The notes: generated by a model from the sequence alone, not told the origin. 61,967 nucleotides of DNA, filler included, from Stramenopiles sp. TOSAG23-6 (GCA_900128565.1; 21 parts of 21 records of this genome joined end to end with filler, not necessarily neighbours in it), one strand, 5' to 3'; shown: positions 35,561-47,615, counted from the first letter of the whole stretch. Numbers and translations: made by a program.

Positions 35561-36384
35561 CCATAGAACCGACAGTGAGAAAATCTCGACTATGATCTTG
35601 TCCGAAATTATCTCGAAGGTCATAAACTTCTCTAGATGTGAAACCAGTTGATGATACTACGGCACCCCAATCCCCTATTGCAGGTAGTAAAATCTCCAAC
35701 ATTTTCTCACGAGTGAGTTCTGGGGAAATCGCAGAGTCGACAGGGAAAAACTCAACAGGATTCTCAGATTTATACGTTTCAAAGGTATTTTTTTTGACAA
35801 GTAAAGCAAAGGGACCACTTCGACGTCTAATGGTTTCAACTGCATTTTCAACAACTCGCGTTGCTCCTTCAGAAAAATCAGGCAAGACTTCAAATGGGAC
35901 ATTCATAGACGCGAGCATAGCGGGAGTAAGCTTGCCTTGAGTAATATGTTGGGGCTCATCACGTTTTCCAGGTTCTCCGCGCCAACCTATGACAAGTAAC
36001 ATTGGAATGGAGTACACAGTTGGATCAGCAAGAGATAATAACGGATTTACCGTATTACCAAGACCCGAATTTTGTAAATAAACTAGAGGAATTTTACCTG
36101 TAGCAGCATGATACCCGGATGCAATGCCAACTGCAGCACCCTCATTTGAACAAATGACATGTTCTTCTCTGCTTGTGTTATCACTGACGTAAGCGTTAAA
36201 ATTTTTTAACAGACTATCTGGGACACCAGCGTAAAATCCAATCCCATTATTTTTAAGTGTATTAAAAAGATCAGAAGGTTTGAGAAAATCTTGTTCTAAC
36301 TCCGTCAGGGGGCCAGCTGCTAAGGAAGATAGCCCACGGGATTGAACTACATGACGTGATGTAACATTAAGAGCAGACTTGATT
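35561..36384 (-). CDS. Phosphonopyruvate decarboxylase (ThDP-dependent); start unresolved, 3' truncated
   Basis: FYAGVPDSLLK, NEGAAVGIASGYH, YLQNSGLGNTVNPLLSL, IGWRGEPGKRDEPQH, DFLTVGSM. Confidence 0.93.
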
Positions 36385-36587
36385 CTAAAGTGGTCGTCAA
36401 GTCTTTTTAGCTTAGGTACAAAATTTCGTACGTTTTTTTTATTAGAGTTAGGGTGTCACGTCCTATGTCAGGCAGATTTGCTACCTTTTTTTTTTTGGAA
36501 AGAGAAACTTGTTCACATTGCGCGGATTAACTTTATGACTTCTCAATAAATTATTTTTCTAGTACGAGATATTCTAAAGTTGTACCA

Positions 36588-37541
36588 ATGTCGTCTTTTC
36601 TGGCTAGAAGAGCATTATCTACTGCGGCAAATGCTGTATCACGAAATGCTATCCCCTGTGCTACAACTCGCTTAGGGTCTTTGCGAAAGTTGATGGCATC
36701 GAAGGATGTTGTGCGGGTACTTGAGTGCCACAATGGTCTTTGCGCTTTAATCGCTGAGCACGCAAGAGGAAACGATGGAAGTTCTTTTGATGCAATGTGG
36801 AGCTCTAGCTTAACTGGATCTGCATCGAAAGGTAAACCAGATATTGAAACTGTATCAACTTCAGAGAGACTTGATCTTGCATCTGATGCTCTGGAGGTAT
36901 CAACTAAGCCTTTAATTTATGATGGCGATACTGGAGGTCACCCGGAAGTGTTTCACTTTACAGTTCGCAGCCTTGAGCGTCTTGGTGTTTCCGCATGCAT
37001 TATTGAGGATAAGACTGGTTTGAAGCAAAACTCTCTCTTTGGCACCGATCGTAAGCAAGAGCTCATTGATATCGATGAATTTTGTGATAAAATTCGAGCT
37101 GGCCAAAGCGCGAAGTCTGACCAGGATTTTATGATAATTGCCAGACTTGAAGCTCTTATTGCTGGACATGGCGAAGAGGAAGCACTAAAGCGCGCTAAGG
37201 CATATATTGACGCAGGCTGTGATGCTATCATGATACACTCAAAACAAAAATCCCCAGATGAAGTTTTGTCTTTTCTCAAGAACTATAATAAACTTGAGAA
37301 GACCGTTCCTGTTGTGGCCGTTCCTACGACGTATAATTCTATTACTGAAGACGAGCTCTCTAAATATGGTGTAAAAATTTGCATTTATGCAAATCACATG
37401 CTTCGTGCTGCTTATCCTTCTATGTTGAGTGTTGCTGAATCAATTTTGTCCAACAAGAGATCTCAAGAAGCTGACGAAGACTTATTACCTGTGAAAGAAA
37501 TTATCACATTAATTGATGATAACACCGGAATGAAAATGTAA
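36588..37541 (+). CDS. pepM: Phosphoenolpyruvate phosphomutase with putative mitochondrial presequence
   Basis: IEDKTGLKQNSL (EDK-X5-NS motif), IIARLEALI, IYANHMLRA. Confidence 0.95.
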   Translation: MSSFLARRALSTAANAVSRNAIPCATTRLGSLRKLMASKDVVRVLECHNGLCALIAEHARGNDGSSFDAMWSSSLTGSASKGKPDIETVSTSERLDLASDALEVSTKPLIYDGDTGGHPEVFHFTVRSLERLGVSACIIEDKTGLKQNSLFGTDRKQELIDIDEFCDKIRAGQSAKSDQDFMIIARLEALIAGHGEEEALKRAKAYIDAGCDAIMIHSKQKSPDEVLSFLKNYNKLEKTVPVVAVPTTYNSITEDELSKYGVKICIYANHMLRAAYPSMLSVAESILSNKRSQEADEDLLPVKEIITLIDDNTGMKM

Positions 37542-37689
37542 AATATTTCAAAAAGAAAACTTAAATTTGTTAGGTACAAAATTTCGTATGAAAAATAAAT
37601 TCGAAATGTAAATAAACTTTAATGAAGTGATGTTGACTTTGATTTATACACTCCACATCTTGTGGAAAAAATACTTGATACTATTAATG

Positions 37690-38325
37690 TTATTGACCAC
37701 CCTGAGCTTTTCGTATTAATTTTTGTAAACGATGTCGCCTCTGTGAGTATGCCCGTGCTAATTCATTTTGGTCAAATTTATACTGATTTTCTAGTGCTTT
37801 TAATCTTTGCAACAAATAAGCAGCTCCAAGCTTAGCCTCTTCGTCATCATCTTCACTTTGAGCGAGTCCATCTTCTAACCCATCCATATATTCTTGCTGT
37901 ATATCATTATTGCTAGTCTTTGAATCTTTATTACTACTCGCATTCATATATTTCATATACAACGTTTCTGCTGCTCCAATACCCTCTTTTACAATTAGAG
38001 TGCCTCCATTCGATTTAGCTTCTGTATTTTGAACCATTGTACCATCGCCATTCAACATGATCATAGTATCACCAAAATCTTCATCCCCCGTACTATCTGA
38101 TGCAGTTGCAGCAACGCCCATGTCTTTAGCTGCTTCTTCAACAGCACAATCTTTTTTTCTTCTGTCTTCAGTAGCACGATCTCTAAAATCATTGATCGCT
38201 TCCATAGAAACCTTTACTAATTCTTGAAGCAACTCTGATTTTCCATTTGACTGTTTTTGTTCTTCAATTTGTTCAGAAATAAATGGATGTTGTGACAACG
38301 TAGTTGCAGATGGTCGTTCTGAGAC
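37690..38325 (-). CDS. STE20/Hippo(MST)-like kinase last exon with SARAH-like tail
   Basis: ERPSATTLSQHPFI (subdomain XI), acidic linker with GTM motifs, LLQRLKALENQYKFDQNELARAYSQRR. Confidence 0.7.
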   Translation of the reverse strand, partial: VSERPSATTLSQHPFISEQIEEQKQSNGKSELLQELVKVSMEAINDFRDRATEDRRKKDCAVEEAAKDMGVAATASDSTGDEDFGDTMIMLNGDGTMVQNTEAKSNGGTLIVKEGIGAAETLYMKYMNASSNKDSKTSNNDIQQEYMDGLEDGLAQSEDDDEEAKLGAAYLLQRLKALENQYKFDQNELARAYSQRRHRLQKLIRKAQGGQ

Positions 38326-38606
38326 ATGTATTGTGAAAAAATATTTAAAAAAAAATTCTTTAGGTACAAAATTTCGTACGAAAAATAAATTTGAAATTGA
38401 AAAAAAAATAAAACNNNNNNNNNNNNNNNNNNNNNNNNNNNNNNNNNNNNNNNNNNNNTTAATTAATTAANNNNNNNNNNNNNNNNNNNNNNNNNNNNNN
38501 NNNNNNNNNNNNNNTTTTTTTTTTTTTTTTTTTTGGAAAAAAATTTTTTAGGTAAAAAATTTCCTAAAAAAAAAAAAAAAAATTCAAAAAAAAAAAAAAA
38601 AAAAAC

Positions 38607-40835
38607 CTACACAATTTCGTTCCATGCGATATTTGTAATTCTGAGATTGTCGTAAATGAGCAGGTAGTAGATATTCTGCCATTATTTTTGGATTTTTTAC
38701 AATACGTAAAATACCTCCTATAATACGTTGTAATGCATTTGAAATACAAATTCGATTTTTAATTAACCCTAACCCTCTATTTGATTGGGAGAATTTTTTT
38801 TTTTGATTTGAGATTGAATTACTTGTTGTATTCGTTGTATTCGTTGTACTACTACTACTACTACTACTACTATTTGTTTGATGTCCTTTCAATGATGATA
38901 ATAACATAACACATTGGAGTAATTTAGAAATTGGTTCACGAAAGCGAAACGATCCATTTTTTTTTTTATATTCTACTGTTGTTTTCTTACCCTTATTATT
39001 AGGGTTAGGGTTAGTATTTTGATTATTTTGTGATTTCTGCATCAAAATATTATAATTACGTAGAGTAGTTTGAAATTCCTCAAAGCAGCGCTCGATTCGT
39101 AATTCTAAAAATGAGCAATTTTGATTTGTTGCATTGTTTTTGTTTTGTGCCGTAAGAGGAATTCGAACGTCACATGTATTTTGAAAAAATATTTCAAAAA
39201 AAATCTACAAAAAATTGTTAGGTACGAAATTTCGTATGAAAAAAAATAAATATTTTGGAAAAATATTTCAAAAAAAATCTAAAAAAAATTGTTAGGTACA
39301 AAATTTCCTATGAAAAAAAAAATGAAAAAAAAAAATGAAAAAAAATAAAACATACGCACCTCAACAAAATAACGGCACAATCTTTCCAATAGAAAATCAC
39401 CAAATTGAACTAAAGTTGAACAGTCATTTTCATAATTATGATTTTTTTGTACATTATATACATTGATTTCGTGTTTATACTCGATTTCGTGTTTATGTTC
39501 CATCACTATTGATACTAAATTGTCATATAAAAAATAACGCAGAGAGGACGAAAAACCAAGGGCTAATTTTAAACAATTTAAAGCTTCAAATTGGAGATCG
39601 TGATGAGATTGGCTCTTTGGAGATAGAATAAGACAAAACCCAGCAATGGCCATTTTTCTATGATTTGTTTTTTTAGCCATAAGTTTTTTTCGTAAAAAAA
39701 TCATGTGTGGTGAAAAAATAATTTAAAAAAAAAAATTTTTGGTTAGGTACAAAATTTCGTATGAAAAAAAAAAAAAAAAAAAAAATTAAATTCCGAAATT
39801 GAAATGAATCATAAAAACAAACATTAAAGCTGAACTAAAAGTAACGCTTATACCAATCAATGGTCGGAGACATCGCAATAAACTAATGACAGCATCATAA
39901 CGAAATGTTTGCACATAATCTAACCATTCTGCAGTAATTGCTGCAAATATTGTACAACAATATTTCAAAAAAAAAAAAAATTTAAATTTTCAAAAAATTT
40001 TCAAAAAAATTTCAAAAAAAAAAAAAATAAATTGTATAAAAAAAAAAAAATAAATGAAATTCATAATGAAAACAAACATGTTCCATTAAATACTGCAAAG
40101 TATCAGATGAATTACAAATACAACTAATTAATTCAAAATAATAAAATAAAACAGTTTTTGATGTAGAATTGAGATGTAATTCATTTGATTCGTCATCTTC
40201 ACAATCCTTTACAACTGAATGCTCAGATATAGACTGAAATAACATGTATTGAAAAAAAATATTTGAAAAATTTGATTTTTTTTGTTTTTTTTTGTTTTTT
40301 TGTTAGGTACAAAATTTCGTATTAAAAAAAAAATAAATTCGAAATTGAAAAAAAATATTTTAAAAATTTGATTTTTTTTGTTAGGTACAAAAGTTTGTAT
40401 TAAAAAAAAAATAAATTCGAAATTGAAAAAAAATAAAACGTACATGCGCAACATTTCACTTCGTACTGATGCAGTTGCATGAAATAAAGTAAATAATATT
40501 TTTATTGCTGTGGATGGTTTCAAAAGTGTTATATCTGAATTCTTTAGGGTTAGGGTTTCTTCGCATGTATTACAACATACAGTATATATTGTGAAAAAAT
40601 TTTGAAATTTTTTTTTTTTACCGAAAAAAATATTTTTTTGTTAGGTACAAAATTTCGTATGAAAAAAATTTAAATTTCAAAAAAAAAAAAAAAAACTTGA
40701 AAACGTACAAGAAGTGATGCGGCAGCTTCAAGACCACCACACGAAATAATCTTTTTTGCCACAATCTCAATGTCACTATACTGTTTTAAAAAATTAGGTT
40801 TTCGTCGCATATCGTGATGATTATTATGATGAGTG

Positions 40836-40868
<33 letters not shown>

Positions 40869-41310
40869 GGATTAGGGTTAGGGTTAGAAATTTGTATATC
40901 ATTTTCAACATTAGGGTTAGGGTTAGGATTATTTTGTTTTGTACTCAATTCTGTACCTAACGTTTTTTTTTCTTTTGTAGAGTAGCGTAGTAAATGTTTG
41001 GAATAAACCAAAACAAATTCCACAACTGTTTGTCGTTTTCTTCTTGCTCGTGAATCGGCAACACTCATATGATGGGAAAAAATATTTTTTTTGTATAATT
41101 TGTTAGGTACGAAATTTCGTACGAAAAAAAACATAAAATTTTTTTTGAAAAAAAAAAAAAAAAAAAAACTAAAATTTGTTAGGTTCAAAATTTCGTATAA
41201 AAAAGAAAAAAATTGAAATTCATGATGAAAACGTACATAGGTGACTCGTCAGCAGCACATTTGGCAAGAAGAGCAATAACAGCATATTGCCACGTAATGC
41301 TATGGCACTC
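38607..41310 (-). CDS. FANCI: FANCI-like DNA repair protein, internal part; introns 41067-41236, 40584-40708, 40244-40443, 39945-40077, 39703-39822, 39174-39355
   Basis: EWLDY..LLRCLRPLIGIS..LMIFLRKKLM..RKMAIAGFCLIL..FEALNCLKLAL..LRYFLYDNL resembles the FANCI solenoid. Confidence 0.7.
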
Positions 41311-41464
41311 ATGTATTTTGGAAAAATATTTCAAAAAAATCTAAAAAAAATTGTTAGGTACAAANNNNNNNNNNNNNNNNNNNNNNNNNNNNNNNNNNNN
41401 NNNNNNNNTTAATTAATTAANNNNNNNNNNNNNNNNNNNNNNNNNNNNNNNNNNNNNNNNNNNN

Positions 41465-41470
41465 ACCAGT

Positions 41471-41518
<48 letters not shown>
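41465..41518 (-). tRNA. tRNA-Phe(GAA), 3' truncated by contig end
   Basis: GCCGCGATAGCTCAGTTGGGAGAGCGTCAGACTGAAGATCTGAAGGTCACTGGT. Confidence 0.92.
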
Positions 41519-41759
41519 AAGGATTAGTGTGCAGAACCGTCACCTTTGTCAAATATAAACACCTATGACACTACAATACAAAGAAAAAAAACATTTGAAA
41601 AAAAAATCAAATTTTTTTTAGATTAGGGTTAGGGTCTCAAACTCAAAATTGGCAGTTGAAATAACGAATAAATCCATTTGGAATTATAGTCAGTCAACAT
41701 TGTGACGACGAAAAAAAAATGTTTTTACTCCAACACAAAATAGTCCTCGGAGGCAATAA

Positions 41760-42950
41760 ATGCTTCCAGCAAAAACAATACTCAACGCAGCAGTTACAGT
41801 AGTGTCTAATCCTTTGCCTGGTGTACGTTTGGCTTCAAATATGGCAAAAGAGTGCCGTCGCGTAAAGTCTCAAGAACAAGACGAAGTCTCAAAAAGTTCA
41901 GTTCATTCAATAGTACCCTCACATCTTTCAGCACAACTTTCATCACAAATTTCAAGTTCAGTTTCAACTTCAGTTTCACCTTCAATTTTAAATTCAGTAG
42001 TACCTTCGCTTCCTGGTGTAACTGTAGAATCGATGGATCCATGTATCCTCCCTGATACTTTCCGTATGATGAATTCTTTAGAAAATAGAAAATCAGCTTG
42101 TATAGCATTCCAAAAACGTGGTTTTATATCTATTGATCAGTTAGTTGAACCTACTTTTGCGGAGGAGCTTAATGTTCGCCTTGAGCGTGTTTTGAGAGGT
42201 GAATATGATACTGGAATTACCCCTGACAAAATACCGAAGCGAATAAAACCTGGTAATAATGGTGTCTTGGGTTTCAGTGGTAATCCTATCAAAAGGACTC
42301 TCCAAATCATCAACATTTGGAAGAGTGACTCAACATTTGCAAAATTAGTATTATCACCAACCCTTGGCCAAATAGTAGCGACACTTGGTGGATGGAAATA
42401 TGGGGCGCGAATTGCACAAGATCAAGTTTGGGCTAAACCACCAGGTGCTAGTTCCCTTGTGTTTCATAGAGATTCTCCTTACTTTGATTTCTGTCCAAAT
42501 GACGTCATTACAGTTTGGATTGCACTTGACGATATGACACAAAAACCAAGTATTGGACCTTTGGAATATGCAGTAGGTAGTCATTTATGGGGTGATGGTC
42601 GCTCTGGTTCCGCAAATCAATTTTTTCAGGACGAACGTCGTCGTCTTTTAGACTCTGCTGCATTACTGGAAGGAATTGATCCAGATGATGTTGAAATTGT
42701 TACAGTGAAAGTTTGTAAAGGTGGTTGTAGCATTCATAATGGTAAAACGTGGCACGGAAGTGGTCCAAATACATCTTCAAAGTTTCCACGTAGAGGTCTT
42801 GGAATCCACTTTATCCCAGCAAATGCAGAATTTAAAGAAATCAAGCAAGGTGAAAGACCTCTTGGTAAATTGTGGCTTTCTCACAAATCAACTGATAGTA
42901 ATTCTCTACCCTCTGATGTATTCCCCATTACTTTTAGTAGTAAGAAGTAA
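41760..42950 (+). CDS. Phytanoyl-CoA dioxygenase (PhyH) family 2OG-Fe(II) oxygenase
   Basis: DQVWAKPP..FHRD..TVWIALDD..TWHGSGPN..RRGL. Confidence 0.9.
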   Translation: MLPAKTILNAAVTVVSNPLPGVRLASNMAKECRRVKSQEQDEVSKSSVHSIVPSHLSAQLSSQISSSVSTSVSPSILNSVVPSLPGVTVESMDPCILPDTFRMMNSLENRKSACIAFQKRGFISIDQLVEPTFAEELNVRLERVLRGEYDTGITPDKIPKRIKPGNNGVLGFSGNPIKRTLQIINIWKSDSTFAKLVLSPTLGQIVATLGGWKYGARIAQDQVWAKPPGASSLVFHRDSPYFDFCPNDVITVWIALDDMTQKPSIGPLEYAVGSHLWGDGRSGSANQFFQDERRRLLDSAALLEGIDPDDVEIVTVKVCKGGCSIHNGKTWHGSGPNTSSKFPRRGLGIHFIPANAEFKEIKQGERPLGKLWLSHKSTDSNSLPSDVFPITFSSKK

Positions 42951-43367
42951 TACATGCTGAAGTTATTAATATATTAAAAAAAATATCAATAGTGAAAAAA
43001 TATGAATAGTAATCATCAACCAACTTTGTTCAAAAGTATTTATTCGAAATTCCTATTTTTGGGAAATAGTAATATGCAGCGCACGAAATCTAAATCGGAA
43101 ATATCCGACACAAATCACAATTTGAAAATAGTAGCAAAAAAGGTAGTAAATTACTATTACTATTAGTTATTTTTATGACTCTACTACTTATTTAAAGTTA
43201 AAGACTTAAAGTATTACGCAGACTGGTACTAGGTGTACTAGTAAATAGTAGTAGTAGTACTAGCCCTATACAGTTACTTACTTCTTCTAAGTTCAAAGCC
43301 TGGTAGATAGAATCGATTTGAGATTAAGGTTAGGTATTAATAACTTTACTATTCTGATTGCTGTAAA

Positions 43368-44313
43368 ATGATGGGTTCCAAGAAGAATGACAAGTTTAAC
43401 GACGCAGAATATCGGCGATTTGTGAAAGAAAAGAAATTAATGGTAAAGAAGTTACCAGAGGTTCGCAAAAGTGCGAGTAGCTTTTTTCTTCAGCTTGGAA
43501 TTACTTGTACAGCAGCACAGGAATTTACAGAAACACTTGGACAATTCACAGTTGATTCGTTTGATCTTAATCGTAATACTCTTTCAAGACTCTGTAAAGC
43601 TCAGAAAGCTACAGGCAATATTGGACATGATTTTGCTTGGACTAAGCAAATGACCTCTCCAGCTAGAGAGTTTCTGAACGTGTTACCAGAACGTATTCGG
43701 GACGTGGAAAATAATATTTCAGAGCGTCGGAAATCTCTGATTGCTTTACATTCTCTTGGTGTTCAGTTGGGAAAAGCGAAAGAGAAAGCGCGAAAAACTC
43801 GTTCCAAGGCTTTGAAGAAAGGGACATTTCTTACAAGCAGTAAGAAACGTCAAGCAGCTGCATTGAAAGCTAAAGAGTCGTTAGAGAATTGCAAGCAAGT
43901 GTATGCAAATTTGGAAAAGCTCGTCGAAGAATCAACCCACAAACTCAATCAAACTGTTGATAGATTACAGGCTGACCAAGCTATTATGCTTCGAAAAGAA
44001 CTCAATGCACTTGCTACTGTCCAACTCTCCATTGCAAAAGAAACAGTAGACATAATGAAAAATGTTTTAGAGAAGCAAGATGATGAACTTGATGTAGCAA
44101 ATGTGTTTTTAGATAGACGACCTGAGAGAAGAAGACTATCCATAGAAATGAGCGTGACGGATAGTTCTCAATTGAGTGATGAAGGGTATGAGAAAAAATG
44201 TTCTAAAGATGAAAATGTACTACAAAAAAACAGAAAAAACGATGATGAAAACCCACAGAGTGCTGAAAACAACGAGAGTACTACNACNANTNAGACTGAT
44301 GATTTTCTTACAC
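43368..44313 (+). CDS. Coiled-coil, BAR-domain-like protein, 3' partial
   Basis: Long helical ORF; BAR assignment tentative. Confidence 0.55.
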
Positions 44314-44413
44314 NNNNNNNNNNNNNNNNNNNNNNNNNNNNNNNNNNNNNNNNNNNNTTAATTAATTAANNNNNNNNNNNNNNNNNNNNNNNNNNNNNNN
44401 NNNNNNNNNNNNN

Positions 44414-44419
44414 ACCAGT

Positions 44420-44467
<48 letters not shown>
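44414..44467 (-). tRNA. tRNA-Phe(GAA), partial, duplicate-contig copy
   Basis: Same sequence as 41465-41518. Confidence 0.9.
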
Positions 44468-44708
44468 AAGGATTAGTGTGCAGAACCGTCACCTTTGTCA
44501 AATATAAACACCTATGACACTACAATACAAAGAAAAAAAACATTTGAAAAAAAAATCAAATTTTTTTTAGATTAGGGTTAGGGTCTCAAACTCAAAATTG
44601 GCAGTTGAAATAACGAATAAATCCATTTGGAATTATAGTCAGTCAACATTGTGACGACGAAAAAAAAATGTTTTTACTCCAACACAAAATAGTCCTCGGA
44701 GGCAATAA

Positions 44709-45899
44709 ATGCTTCCAGCAAAAACAATACTCAACGCAGCAGTTACAGTAGTGTCTAATCCTTTGCCTGGTGTACGTTTGGCTTCAAATATGGCAAAAGA
44801 GTGCCGTCGCGTAAAGTCTCAAGAACAAGACGAAGTCTCAAAAAGTTCAGTTCATTCAATAGTACCCTCACATCTTTCAGCACAACTTTCATCACAAATT
44901 TCAAGTTCAGTTTCAACTTCAGTTTCANCTTCAATTTTAAATTCAGTAGTACCTTCGCTTCCTGGTGTAACTGTAGAATCGATGGATCCATGTATCCTCC
45001 CTGATACTTTCCGTATGATGAATTCTTTAGAAAATAGAAAATCAGCTTGTATAGCATTCCAAAAACGTGGTTTTATATCTATTGATCAGTTAGTTGAACC
45101 TACTTTTGCGGAGGAGCTTAATGTTCGCCTTGAGCGTGTTTTGAGAGGTGAATATGATACTGGAATTACCCCTGACAAAATACCGAAGCGAATAAAACCT
45201 GGTAATAATGGTGTCTTGGGTTTCAGTGGTAATCCTATCAAAAGGACTCTCCAAATCATCAACATTTGGAAGAGTGACTCAACATTTGCAAAATTAGTAT
45301 TATCACCAACCCTTGGCCAAATAGTAGCGACACTTGGTGGATGGAAATATGGGGCGCGAATTGCACAAGATCAAGTTTGGGCTAAACCACCAGGTGCTAG
45401 TTCCCTTGTGTTTCATAGAGATTCTCCTTACTTTGATTTCTGTCCAAATGACGTCATTACAGTTTGGATTGCACTTGACGATATGACACAAAAACCAAGT
45501 ATTGGACCTTTGGAATATGCAGTAGGTAGTCATTTATGGGGTGATGGTCGCTCTGGTTCCGCAAATCAATTTTTTCAGGACGAACGTCGTCGTCTTTTAG
45601 ACTCTGCTGCATTACTGGAAGGAATTGATCCAGATGATGTTGAAATTGTTACAGTGAAAGTTTGTAAAGGTGGTTGTAGCATTCATAATGGTAAAACGTG
45701 GCACGGAAGTGGTCCAAATACATCTTCAAAGTTTCCACGTAGAGGTCTTGGAATCCACTTTATCCCAGCAAATGCAGAATTTAAAGAAATCAAGCAAGGT
45801 GAAAGACCTCTTGGTAAATTGTGGCTTTCTCACAAATCAACTGATAGTAATTCTCTACCCTCTGATGTATTCCCCATTACTTTTAGTAGTAAGAAGTAA
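44709..45899 (+). CDS. PhyH-family dioxygenase, duplicate-contig copy
   Basis: Same as 41760-42950. Confidence 0.88.
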   Translation: MLPAKTILNAAVTVVSNPLPGVRLASNMAKECRRVKSQEQDEVSKSSVHSIVPSHLSAQLSSQISSSVSTSVSXSILNSVVPSLPGVTVESMDPCILPDTFRMMNSLENRKSACIAFQKRGFISIDQLVEPTFAEELNVRLERVLRGEYDTGITPDKIPKRIKPGNNGVLGFSGNPIKRTLQIINIWKSDSTFAKLVLSPTLGQIVATLGGWKYGARIAQDQVWAKPPGASSLVFHRDSPYFDFCPNDVITVWIALDDMTQKPSIGPLEYAVGSHLWGDGRSGSANQFFQDERRRLLDSAALLEGIDPDDVEIVTVKVCKGGCSIHNGKTWHGSGPNTSSKFPRRGLGIHFIPANAEFKEIKQGERPLGKLWLSHKSTDSNSLPSDVFPITFSSKK

Positions 45900-46316
45900 T
45901 ACATGCTGAAGTTATTAATATATTAAAAAAAATATCAATAGTGAAAAAATATGAATAGTAATCATCAACCAACTTTGTTCAAAAGTATTTATTCGAAATT
46001 CCTATTTTTGGGAAATAGTAATATGCAGCGCACGAAATCTAAATCGGAAATATCCGACACAAATCACAATTTGAAAATAGTAGCAAAAAAGGTAGTAAAT
46101 TACTATTACTATTAGTTATTTTTATGACTCTACTACTTATTTAAAGTTAAAGACTTAAAGTATTACGCAGACTGGTACTAGGTGTACTAGTAAATAGTAG
46201 TAGTAGTACTAGCCCTATACAGTTACTTACTTCTTCTAAGTTCAAAGCCTGGTAGATAGAATCGATTTGAGATTAAGGTTAGGTATTAATAACTTTACTA
46301 TTCTGATTGCTGTAAA

Positions 46317-47262
46317 ATGATGGGTTCCAAGAAGAATGACAAGTTTAACGACGCAGAATATCGGCGATTTGTGAAAGAAAAGAAATTAATGGTAAAGAAG
46401 TTACCAGAGGTTCGCAAAAGTGCGAGTAGCTTTTTTCTTCAGCTTGGAATTACTTGTACAGCAGCACAGGAATTTACAGAAACACTTGGACAATTCACAG
46501 TTGATTCGTTTGATCTTAATCGTAATACTCTTTCAAGACTCTGTAAAGCTCAGAAAGCTACAGGCAATATTGGACATGATTTTGCTTGGACTAAGCAAAT
46601 GACCTCTCCAGCTAGAGAGTTTCTGAACGTGTTACCAGAACGTATTCGGGACGTGGAAAATAATATTTCAGAGCGTCGGAAATCTCTGATTGCTTTACAT
46701 TCTCTTGGTGTTCAGTTGGGAAAAGCGAAAGAGAAAGCGCGAAAAACTCGTTCCAAGGCTTTGAAGAAAGGGACATTTCTTACAAGCAGTAAGAAACGTC
46801 AAGCAGCTGCATTGAAAGCTAAAGAGTCGTTAGAGAATTGCAAGCAAGTGTATGCAAATTTGGAAAAGCTCGTCGAAGAATCAACCCACAAACTCAATCA
46901 AACTGTTGATAGATTACAGGCTGACCAAGCTATTATGCTTCGAAAAGAACTCAATGCACTTGCTACTGTCCAACTCTCCATTGCAAAAGAAACAGTAGAC
47001 ATAATGAAAAATGTTTTAGAGAAGCAAGATGATGAACTTGATGTAGCAAATGTGTTTTTAGATAGACGACCTGAGAGAAGAAGACTATCCATAGAAATGA
47101 GCGTGACGGATAGTTCTCAATTGAGTGATGAAGGGTATGAGAAAAAATGTTCTAAAGATGAAAATGTACTACAAAAAAACAGAAAAAACGATGATGAAAA
47201 CCCACAGAGTGCTGAAAACAACGAGAGTACTACNACNANTNAGACTGATGATTTTCTTACAC
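46317..47262 (+). CDS. Coiled-coil/BAR-like protein, duplicate-contig copy
   Basis: Same as 43368-44313. Confidence 0.55.
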
Positions 47263-47416
47263 NNNNNNNNNNNNNNNNNNNNNNNNNNNNNNNNNNNNNN
47301 NNNNNNTTAATTAATTAANNNNNNNNNNNNNNNNNNNNNNNNNNNNNNNNNNNNNNNNNNNNGTACGAAATTTTGTACCTAACGATTTTTTTTTGAAATA
47401 TTTTTCCAAAATACAT

Positions 47417-47615
47417 GCTAGTCCTAGAAGCAAAAGCTAAAGCAGAAGCAATTGGACATCAAGCTATTGCTAACGAAAAATTATATACCCGAGAATATAT
47501 ACAGCTAAAAGCATATGAGTCATTGTACTCAAAATCAAAGCTGGTGTTTGGAAATGAAATCCCAAAAAATGCATTTGTAATTGACAAGTTAGAAACATTG
47601 ACGTCGGAACTGTGA
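47417..47615 (+). CDS. Erlin-like (SPFH/band 7) protein last exon
   Basis: ANEKLYTREYIQLKAYESLYSKSKLVFGNEIP resembles the erlin C-terminus; preceded by an AT-ending intron. Confidence 0.65.

Larger units (their letters stand above)
44414..47262 (+). repeat. Exact duplicate of contig 41465-44313 (offset 2949)
   Basis: Identical ends, sequence and terminal N positions. Confidence 0.97.

Noticed and set aside
41465-47262. Tandem segmental duplication of tRNA-Phe, PhyH and BAR-like genes
   Set aside because: Same contig included twice: identical ends and N positions, separated by a linker.
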